A DNA stretch of 60,863 nucleotides, counting the filler, from Bipalium vagum (Eukaryota), in the NCBI GenBank assembly GCA_037834085.1. It is 3 parts of 3 records of this genome, joined end to end, with 100 filler letters (N's around TTAATTAATTAA, not from the genome) between each part and the next. Parts side by side here need not be neighbours in the genome. Positions count along the whole stretch, not along the records: positions 43,744 to 60,863 come from JBBMKC010077774.1; 2 more parts are not named here. One strand, written 5' to 3'. A program made the translations under genes and the position numbers. Under the pieces are notes generated by a model. The model ran no database searches and was not told where the DNA came from. It saw nothing but the letters and a program-made list of their open reading frames with translations. Below, piece by piece: positions 50,776 to 60,863 of the stretch (position 1 is the first letter of the stretch; every line of letters starts with the position of its first letter).

Positions 50776-53514
50776 CCAATGGAAAGGAAAGTTTACATCG
50801 AACATACAAAATGAACACAAAAAACAGATTGGTTAATATTAACAAGAGAAATTAATTTCTTCAGATTTATTCCATCTTATTAAATACGATTTTATATTTT
50901 TAAGTCTAAAAGACCCTAGTTATTGGTAACTTGTATAAAATTATTTTAAAAACTTTCGCTTTCATTCACTCAGTCCCTACTCAATTCAGTCTTTATAAAA
51001 AAGCTTGGTTACTTTTCTTTTTTGCTATAACTGATAAATTTAGATAATATTTATGGTTATATTATTACTTTTTAACATTATTATTAGATTCCGGCTTTTC
51101 TGATTATCACAAAACTATAAACTTATAGTGCAACAAGAAAGACTCCGATATTATGATGTTTTGTCAATCCTTCGACATATAAATTCAATTAGAAGTTCAT
51201 CATCATTCATGCACTTTTATTCTCATTTTAATTTTACATCATTGGCAGTATCAATACATTTTTATTTATTAAAAATAGTTTTTTTTCTTTAGAAAAACTT
51301 TATGTAATTTTTTTGTTGTTGGTATCAATTGTAAATAAGTATTATCCATTTATTATATTAAAATTTAAATACCCTCTATCAAATATAAAAATATTTGTAT
51401 TATAAATGATTACTTTGACTATTTATTTAAACTAATTTGAACTAATGAAACAAATATAATTTTTATTTCTATGTGAAAGATCAAACCCGGAGTTTAATTA
51501 ATTTTCCTTCCTTTCCGTTTAAAATAAAAAATAAATGTGAAATATAAAATTAAAGTAAAAATAATATAATATATAAATATAAATTATTATTATAATAATA
51601 ATTAAATAAAAATTAATCATTTTGGTGAATAATCTGTTGAAAATTTGGAAAAAAATTATTTAGTAACATAAGGTTACTATGAACATGTGCAGAAAGGAAA
51701 ACATACCAAGGAGAAAACCCGCAGATTTAAGTCATAGAACCCGCAAATTTCGGTCATAAAAAGGTTCAACTGCCAGCACAATTTTTAATACTTTCAATTA
51801 CCTATCAGCAAACAGTCCGCGTCAAAAATTATAAATTCCAGTTCCTCCATCAACCAAAGACAAAAAAATTAATCAAAAACAAAAGAGCCATTTTTATGAA
51901 TAAAAGATAAGTATACGAGTTTCCGTGAAAACCAGGACGCAAGGATCCCGCTACACAGTTTCAACAGTCATACTAAGTATTATTATTTGTGTCAAGTTCA
52001 ATAGATTTGATTACAAGTTTAAAGTAAACTTTCATTTAAATTAAAAACAATAATTTTGGTTTCACACTAGAAATAGGTGAAACGATTCCCAAATAAATCA
52101 AACACTTAAATGTAATTTGAATCAAATTATAAGTTAAAGGTTTACTAATTACATTAAGTAAATACTAAGAACTGGACAGCTACTCCAATAACTTAGGAGC
52201 AATTAATTGTTCTTTTTTCTTACTTCCTAGTATTTCCTTGTTTTGTGTTTTCGACGTCTAGTAGGACGGAGAACCGAATTTTTAACTGATGGCCCTTGAG
52301 AGATGGATACCGAAGGGTGATCTAACTTTTTTCTTAAGTCTTTATCTCGGGTTTTAACTTCAAAGTATAATTGTACTAAAAAAATTGTACTTGCCATCTG
52401 CTGTTTTTTGACAGACAACTGACTTTCTGTAGGAATTTTTTTTCCCAGTTTACCAAACTATGAACGCTGATTCCAATTAGATGTCTTTCAGGCTCATCCG
52501 ACTACGATCTGATGGAGCTCCCTTCAGTTACTGCGGAATCAATCTAGTTTTCCAGGGCCGGCTGGTCACTAGCGAAGTCTCGGAACCCGGATCCCCGATA
52601 ATTAAGCCTTTGGGTAAGATTCTTTGACTTTGATAATAACATAATTTTATCTTCCTTTGCTACTAGAATCACACTGATGTCGTTGAAACTCGAAGTCTTG
52701 GGAGAAAATGTTTCACTGCATCGACCTATAGCTCTTTTTGGAGTCATAAAAGAGCAGGGAAACAACACCCAAGCATGGTGGATCAGTGTACCGTCCCTCC
52801 GGAGCGGCGAAACAATTTCATACTCTTAACCACAGTCCCTGAAATCTGTTTTATTCCCGCAAAACAAGGCGGAACTCTACCCAAATTTTTTCCAGATGAG
52901 CAAGAGTTCTACCTCGATTGAATCACTTTCCATCACAGCTTTTTACACTTGTGTAAGTACTGTTCTTCTCAGTGGGTACGCGATTGAGAAACGTAACGAA
53001 AGAGACCCAAACCATCGATTCTGTCAATTGATTTCCGAGCAACCCCTTCGATCCTAATGGCTCTCATACAGGAATACATTGAGACAACATTTTTCTCTAC
53101 CTTTTTCCGTAATAGTCAGAGGGAAAGTAGATTGATGATCGAGAGTATTTCGAGGCCATCTATGGTGATGAAAAGATACAGTAGGGAACCCGGAAGCGGA
53201 GTTTTCACACTACCCGGTGCCGATAACACCGTCAGCCTTCTATCTCTCTGTTTGGATGTGCAGAGATAAAAGCACCCAGTCCACAGTTGGCCATGGGGTG
53301 TTTCCTGTTACTCCTCTGCCCCATCAAGTGTATATAAATGCCACATTAAATTGGAGGAAACGCTCCAATGAGGATTATTGGTGCTACTCCGTGACCTACA
53401 GGTATGAAAAAACGGCTAAAAGTGTGAATTTTTGTATTTCTCTTTATTCCCCATGCGATCCCGGTTTCATGAGTGTTTTTATGTATTTCATATTTGGTAA
53501 ACCCCATAAAATAA

Positions 53515-53655
53515 AATAAGCCGAAATTAACAAATAATAATAAGCCTAAACTCTCAAATAATAATAAAAATAATATCAAGCCTAAACTTGCAAATAATAA
53601 TAAAAATAATATCAAGCCTAAGCTTGCAAATAATAATAAAAATAATAATACGAAT
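53515..53655. repeat. 36-bp tandem repeat (CAAATAATAATAAAAATAATATCAAGCCTAAACTTG)
   Basis: About 3 copies plus shorter variants; reads NNNKNNIKPKLA on the + strand. Confidence 0.85.
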
Positions 53656-54399
53656 AAAACCACGAACAATATTACTGATAATAAGCCAATTAGCGAAACG
53701 GACTCTATTACTGCTGGCTCGAGCAGCCAATTACCAACCGGACAACAAAACCAGAAAACTGCTGCCAATCCAGAAACTGCCGCATCCAACAAAGAAGAAG
53801 GAAATGCGTGTTAAAGCGGACCAATCTACCCAAACCGAGCCCCCCATTGAATCACCAACATACCGAAGTGTAGCCTGCCAGACATTAGATTTCACAATAA
53901 CACCATTATCGGTACTCTTACCGTGTAAACTTGATGAATATAATAGTCAAATTTCGATCTAACCCAACTAAAAATTACTAATCATTTTCATATCATTTTA
54001 GAAACTTAACAATAATATCAATAAAAGTAATATATTACTTTTGAAATCGTACAAACAGGCATAAATTTTACTGTAATCCTTGGTCCGAATATGTGATTTT
54101 CAGTTCAACTATGGGCTATTTATACTTAGATTGTCTTTTTTTGTTTATGATAGTGGTTTATGAGTTTATGGACTTTGCATGGTACTGAACGATGATCACG
54201 TTCGTTGATTATTATTATTGTTTTCAAATTTTATAATATTCTACTGCCGATATTGTGCGTGTATTGGTCAATCTTTCATTGACATATATTAAATAATTGT
54301 CTATAATTTTTATTTTATATTATTTTTAACATAATTTTTTTAGCTTTTGATATCTTTTTCTTTATTAATTTTCTAATTTTAGAACTCCAGATGTTTCTA

Positions 54400-54527
54400 N
54401 NNNNNNNNNNNNNNNNNNNNNNNNNNNNNNNNNNNNNNNNNNNNNNNNNNNNNNNNNNNNNNNNNNNNNNNNNNNNNNNNNNNNNNNNNNNNNNNNNNNN
54501 NNNNNNNNNNNNNNNNNNNNNNNNNNN
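54400..54527. other. Assembly gap (plain N run)
   Basis: Run of N. Confidence 0.95.
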
Positions 54528-55759
54528 AGCAGTTTAGATTCCTTTTATTTTAGAATTTCATATTTTTACATAAGATAGTCACACAAAATGCTTTTATTAT
54601 TTTTTTTATTACAATAAAATGAAATCACTAATCAAATTTGTCACAATTATTAGTCCTTTTTGAGTCTCCACAGTTGTATTTAACTGAAATTTAGCTTTAA
54701 CTTCAATTTTCGAATATCCAAAATTTTGTTAAGTGCAAAAATTTAATTTTTACTGTCTTTATACTAGTTTTCCTTTTTTACAAGATGAAATTATTAATTG
54801 ATGTTGTCACTTATTTTAGTGTCTTCATTTGTCAATTATTATTTTACCTTAATAATGACGTTGTTAATTTATTGTTTTATTATTTATATTATTATTAGTA
54901 TTTCTGTAATATTTATTTAATAAATATAATTTTTTTAAAAATTTTATTTGATGACTAATTTACGATAACGAAACGATTTAATGTTTTATTTGATTTTTGT
55001 TTTTGCAATTTCACACACTTTAACATTTATTTAGTTATTTAGTTTTCTTCACTTCGTCGCTTCTTAAAAATGTTTACTTTAGATCATCAAATTATGCCGA
55101 GCAAAAAACGACCCATCTCCTGTTATTAATCCTTCTAGTTCTAATTCAGGACGTCTCGCAATTTGCAAAAAGTTGCAGAAACTAATGCGAAATTTTACAA
55201 TAAGCAGGAAAAAAAGAATACGTTTATTGGAAGACAATAATATGAATTTTGATAGCCGACAACGATAAGTTAAAAATCGATATGAAAAACCATATAAACA
55301 ATGGAATCAATTTGGCAAATTTGACCAAGACTCACTAGCAAATAATGACAATATATAATAATAATTTGAGTGATATAGAAGCTCTGCGAGCATCAAATGA
55401 TGCATTAAATGCAGAACAATTGCTTTGGAAGCATCAATGCTGTATTAAACATAGAAAAATTGCTCTACAAGATTCTAATGCTCAATTAAATACCAATTTT
55501 TTACCAAAATTTTAATGTTATAAAAGTTTAAATGATTGATTCGAATTTTTGGAAAAGTTCCATGTTATGATTTAATTAGATTATTATTGAAATGCTTAAA
55601 ATTGAAATAATTAATTAAATTGAAGGTGAAAATGAAAATTTTCTTTAACAGTTATATTGATTAAATTTTGTGCCAATCTTATAATTATTTATTGTATTAT
55701 GTTAAAATAGAAAGTTAAGTTAAAAACCCAGATAGACGAAGGACAACTCCAGTAATACA

Positions 55760-57431
55760 AAAAACTTTAATAATACGTCCGGATCCAAGGCGATTGAAGA
55801 CTTTCAGAAGTTGAAGGAGCATTAGTAGCATCATCAAATCAAAATACAAAACTAAGGCAACTGAAAGGATACATCAAGTACTTTACGAGATAACTGAGAA
55901 AGGAGGAATTTAAAAAGATGCTAATGTTTCTTTCAGAAATAAAGCAGTTGAGGAAAATAGTCAAGCAAGATGATAAAAGGAAAAAGATAAATTTCTTACT
56001 AAGCAATACCAATGGACTTATCTCGCTATTAAGAATCAAGAATTCTGTAAATATCTTCCTTAAAAATAATAGAGTAATGGTAAAGTTGCTGTAAGACAAG
56101 AACTATACGAAAGAAACAATCTCCAGAAAAAAGAATTTCAAAATAAATCGTGGAAAGGAGATATGAGATAAAGGAAAATGATAAAAACCTTGAATCAAAT
56201 TCTGTTAAGATTAACGAGTACAAGAGACTAATGACTGGCTTTGAATTCAGAAGACTGATAAGCCATCTCCCAATACTGCGAGACACTTGGCAAAGTGAAA
56301 GTAGCAATAAAGTAAAAGTTGCCAAAATTAATGAGGTGCTTCCTAAATACAGGATAGTGTTAAAATCTCAAAAAAACGTAGGACTAAAGAAGAGATAATA
56401 AATATCAAGTGATCGTTGAAAATAATCTAAAAAATGAAATGAAGAACAAGGTTTATAACGAAAGGAAAATCTATAGAAGACATAATAGCTTGGCAAATAT
56501 TCTTGAAGCAGGTCTTATATCTGCCAAACTAAAGCATAACACATATAACTATGCCGTCAAGTATACAAAAATGGCTTTTGGCTACGAGTCCAGAATTAGT
56601 CGAAGTCTTTTTAACACCAGACGATACTGAAAAAAATGAAGTGAACAAAATGCTGAAGAATTTGAAAAAAGAGAACGAAATTTCAGACTTGTTAAAAATG
56701 ATTAAAATCAGATACCATAAAAATAAATTTGTCTGTCAGGATTTCAGCTTAGAAGAAATATGTAAACAAGAGGTTACCTACGAAAAGCTGGAAATGGCTG
56801 AATTTCAGAAAATAATTAAAAGACATCCAGAAATACTTGAAAATATTGTTCTGGGATATGCTGAAGAAGACTTAAATGTTTTTATACAAAAACTTAAAAC
56901 TGAGCGAAAATTTCCGGAAGATATTTACTTTATAAATGGCTCATTCGAGAAACTTCACACTACTTCCATAAAGAAAGATACTGTGCCTCCATCAAAAAAG
57001 GATGATGTACTTTTTAAGATCGAGGACATTGACCTAAATTACATAGCTACCATTGATCCTGATCTAAGAAAACTGTCTGAAATGGCCAAAAGCACTGCAA
57101 AAACAATTGAGATCCTATATCACTTGAATTGTCAAATTCTAAGAAATCGATTACCATCAATGCAAAGCTTGACACAGAATAAACGCGCGATAAATTTGCT
57201 AAAAAACATTGGCTTTATCAAGTCAATATTCAATATGGAAACTTTAAAGAACTTGAACGACAATAGTGTACAAGAATGAGCATGGAAGACTATTATTGGG
57301 TTTGACTTAGATAGTGCTATAAAAGAAAAATGCAAACAATGCATCAATTACCTGGAGAAAATGAGATTCGTTGCTAAAATGGATAGATTAAATGGCGTCA
57401 CAAAACATCATTTTCAAGATAAAATAAAATA
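55760..57431 (+). pseudogene. Unidentified long intronless K/E/L/I-rich coding remnant (largest piece 242 aa)
   Basis: Consecutive same-strand ORFs (56150, 56409, 56551) separated by frameshifts or stops. The reading continues about 50 codons past the TGA at 57277. Confidence 0.45.
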
Positions 57432-57577
57432 AATTTCAAACTAATCAATATTATACTAATTTTCCGAATATTTATAATTTGTTTAATTATATTGAAGAAT
57501 CTTTATTTAAATGGACTGATAAAATGGTAATTGAATCAGACTGGGAACTAAATAAAATCAAAATGCAAAATGAACGC

Positions 57578-57645
57578 TGTGAGATAAATTGAAAGTTAGT
57601 CTGGGGATGTAGCTCAGCGGTCAGAGCAGTCCGTGCGTATGTGAA
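57578..57645 (+). mobile_element. Third, 3'-truncated copy of the tRNA-derived TRIM LTR
   Basis: TGTGAGATAAATTGAAAGTTAGTCTGGGGATGTAGCTCAGCGGTCAGAGCAGTCCGTGCGTATGTGAA aligns with 47780-47847. Confidence 0.85.
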
Positions 57646-57776
57646 TGGTTAGAATGAAATGACTCAGGGAGAAAGTGCAATAGATCCAAATATTCATCGT
57701 CTTTTGAAAAATATCCTTGGTCTTAGTATTCCGTCTTTCATAAAATATATACTAATTTTTTATCGCTTCTAGCCTC

Positions 57777-58260
57777 TTGGCCAATCAAATGCGTATGAAT
57801 CTTGAAGAATTCCTATTGGCTGCCATCAGAGCCAACCAGAATGATTTATGCACTATTGGATATGAAATTGGAATTTCTACGAATTTGACAATGCAATCCA
57901 AACCAATTCCTGGGAAATTTCTGCCGCCCGACGATTGGGCTATGCCCCAACATGGCTGGGAAGAGGAATTTATTGGAAATTCCCAAATGCAAAAAATTAT
58001 CAACATGTGGGTTTTATCCCTCGCTAAGGGATTTTTACCACATGTAAAATGCGGTAAAATTGTCATTTTCATCAGCATGCTGCCATCTCCTTGCTTAGTG
58101 ATGGAAAACGTCCCGATGTTTCCTGCTGCTCGGCAACTCCCAACTGACCTGACGCGTGTTCTGGCCCTTGCTAGGATCCTGCGACACAGCCTGCAGCGCG
58201 TCTCCGATATCCTCAATGAACTGGATGCCTTATGGATACCACTCAAGGCCGGAGGTGACA
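57777..58260 (+). other. Unidentified GC-elevated coding-like segment, probably a mobile-element accessory ORF 3' end
   Basis: About 160 codons of globular-looking sequence. Composition changes abruptly at ~58260 after AAGGCCGGAGG. Confidence 0.35.
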
Positions 58261-58835
58261 TTTGTACAAACTATCATTACATTTTTGTGCTTAAAGCTTA
58301 CACTGATTTATTTTGTGTATATTTATGTATTTCATACTTCAATGTATATGTATATTATATCTCTTGCCTTAAAACCCGGCCCTTCTGGCCAAAATTCCCT
58401 CTTTTATCTGTATTATCCGTTATTTGAGGCTCACCACCCAATTTCTGCTTATCTTTTTTACTCCTCTCTCTGTACCACTCAATTCTCGCCTGCTGACCCC
58501 CTTCTACCATCCCAGCATCCTTGCAAAATATCACCTTCCATCTCTTTATCCTTTTCTTGCTCTAAGTATCGTTTTATTATGATTTTTTTCACCTTTAAAA
58601 TCATGCCACAAATGGTGAGCCTCAACTCTTATTCTTATTATTAAATTTTTTGTTTATGTTAATTTTATTAAAAATAAAAAGTCTCAGATCCCGGCCCAAT
58701 TTTATATAATTATAAAAATTTATAAATTACTATTTTATATGGTGAAAACAGTTTTAAAATCCATGGCCGGGATCAAAAGATATGAGGCTTTGAATTTTGA
58801 AATATTTTTAAATTATATATTAAATAACTCTAATA

Positions 58836-60863
58836 TTGTACTTAGAGTTATTTTCAACTTTTATTTTAATGGTTTATTATATTGTCGTAATAATTCTTTC
58901 TGTCCGTCCATCCTGGTGGACCATTCGGCTCCTTCTGCAGATATCCCCTGGCCTTCCTGTACTTCCGGTTTTTCCATTTTCTACCATATTTCTATCCGAA
59001 ATTGGCAGTTTCCTTCTGGCTTTTTCTGCTGTTTTCGGTGCCCTCTGTCAGCTCTATGCTCATCTTATCCACCAGCAGCTACTTTTCGCTGCCTCGGTGA
59101 GCGCAGTTAAGGCCCAGATTCTCCGTCTGGCGGCGCCCAGACATGTCCCTGTCTATTACAACCTCAGCTTCTCGAGGACATTCCAGAACACCGAATATGT
59201 CCCTCCAGAGGTTGATTCTTCTCCGAATAGCTTACCGGATTCCCTTCCAATGACCCGGCGGAATCACCGACGCAACCGACGTCGTGGTGGGCGTGGAAGA
59301 CGGAGTATTGAACCACGTCCTTCTTCGAATTTAACCCCGCCGGACTTTGAGAATCTTGTTATCTCCTGTCCTACTGGCTCTTCCTCTGGCCGCATTGTTT
59401 CTATTCGAAGCGGTCCCAATAGGCTTCCGGTACATAAGCCCAATGACTATATTCCTACTTGGTTCCCGTTGCCTTCGCCTTCATCTCCTGTGCCTGTAAC
59501 CCAATCTTCTGCTCCAGCTCATCCTCCACCTCCTCCTAAACAGCATGTAACATTTAAGGATGTTATCATGAAGAGCCCTGTGAAGATCAGCCCTCCTATT
59601 GTGCCGCGACCCTCGACATCTTCAAAGAATCCGCAATCAAAGGGTCAAAATCCTATTGACAAAAAGCGTTCAACTCCTGTCAAACAACATCACTCAGTGG
59701 AACAGGAGAGGGCCCTCCCAGCTGAGGACTATTTGGCGCAATTTGCCCTCAGCCCTCCAAAGAGATGGGTAAAACGTCCCCACCAAAATGAGATCGCCCT
59801 GACTGAGAACCCTTGCCGCATTGTGTGTAAGGGCTTCACATGCCTTTGTCGAAGGGATCCGTCCCTCCATTGGCCTTCACCAAAATCTGGCATGAAAGCG
59901 GCCACGGACCTTTGTAAAGAAATTCTTGAGGATATCGGATGGAACTTGCCTGCGGCTCCCACTGGTATCCCTTTGACTCCTTCGGTTCCACCTTGTCCTA
60001 CTTCTCCTCCTTCAGCTCCTCCCCCTCCTCCTCTTGTCACTCCGTTGTCTCCTGTTAATCCTTTGCCTCCCGAATCGCCCAGGGTCGACCTCGATGAGGA
60101 GCCTGACATTGATGACGTTTCCCATTTGAGTGTGGACTAGGACCCTCCTTCTCCCCTGGCGGATGATCCCTGCCATGAAATCCTGTCGACTGATCGACTA
60201 TTTATTGACGTTGAATGTCAATCTGACCTTATCTTTGTTGACCAAGCTGTGCAGACCGGACCTTGGGCCCCGGTGGATGCCTCTGTTCAGGTTGATTTGC
60301 CAGCTCTCCCGAGACCATCGATGATGAATACCCCGCGACGTTTTGGCCCCCGGGGTCGTCTACACCGTAACCCCTTTGATGAATACCAGCCATCTCCACC
60401 CCTCTTCTCCGTACCGCAAACATTTTCCGCTGATGTTTCCTTCTCTCCTCTGGTAGGACCCCTTGCATCAACAACAGAGGCAATGAGTCTGCGTCCCTGT
60501 TCCATCCGTCTCTCGGAATCTGTCCCCCACGATCCATTGGATGTCTCCTCACCGGCTCCACTTTCCCGCTGTGTCTCTATCGCCTCGATCCCCAGTTCTC
60601 CTGAGGTTCTGGAGGTGAATGTTGATGACCAGATTTCGGACTCCCTATCCATGGCCCAGTCTATCGACCTTGGTGTCATCAATTTCTTTGGTACTGATCT
60701 TGCGGTGGCCCTGTCTTGGCTCTCTTATCAGAGGACTTTCTCTCAATGCGGAAAGGCCACCTGGTGGAGCAAGGTCCGTACAGCATGCACGTGGACTGTT
60801 CCTTCATGGTTGCCGGAGCTGCCGTGGCCCTCACTGTCATTGTCTCGACCCCCCAGGAGACTT
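58836..60863 (+). CDS. Long Pro/Ser/Arg-rich intronless ORF (likely start MTRRNH at 59250), one in-frame TAG at 60138, open to window end; probably mobile-element encoded
   Basis: GC visibly far above background; Arg-rich basic patch; CxxxCxxxxCxC..H cluster; 241 further stop-free codons after the TAG. Confidence 0.55.

Noticed and set aside
53346-53792. 148-aa multi-pass membrane protein on the minus strand
   Set aside because: The hydrophobicity is the antisense reading of the A-rich 36-bp tandem repeat.
59729-60682. Minus-strand Gly-rich ORFs
   Set aside because: Antisense shadows of the Pro-rich plus-strand frame.
60745-60863. Alternate-frame MHVDCSFMVAGAAVALTVIV as an RNase H/DEDD first motif
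   Set aside because: Too short and cut by the window end; cannot be supported.

Overview
Eukaryotic, very AT-rich animal genomic DNA with GT-AG introns. A free-living flatworm or similar invertebrate is plausible, but this is inference. Host genes: a complete 5-exon amidophosphoribosyltransferase (PPAT), followed about 260 bp after its stop by mitochondrial IF2 (MTIF2) on the same strand; the 3' end of nucleobindin (-); the middle exons of a zeta/iota-type diacylglycerol kinase (-); and divergent or fragmentary Aurora-kinase, ADF/cofilin and PABPN1-like copies. The rest is transposon debris: several mariner/Tc1 copies, pogo/Tigger, a hAT-like element, a probable Polinton-type polB remnant, and Ty3/gypsy gag/protease pieces. 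Two of the three N-gaps contain an artificial TTAATTAATTAA linker, so adjacency across them is unproven. Most striking: (1) a miniature LTR retrotransposon (TRIM) whose ~108-bp LTR is a tRNA-Ala-like Pol III unit inside a longer hairpin, with PBS and PPT, seen as three LTR copies; (2) a candidate PPAT-MTIF2 operon whose first visible MTIF2 exon has no ATG and could get it from a spliced leader; (3) LTR-element accessory cargo, namely a gB/chuvirus-like fusion glycoprotein, a catalytically altered REX4/ISG20-like exonuclease and Pro-rich ORFs with tandem LC8-type motifs; (4) a 5.1-kb mosaic of host-gene fragments bounded by a perfect 24-bp inverted repeat. All family assignments are by motif recognition; no database searches were run.
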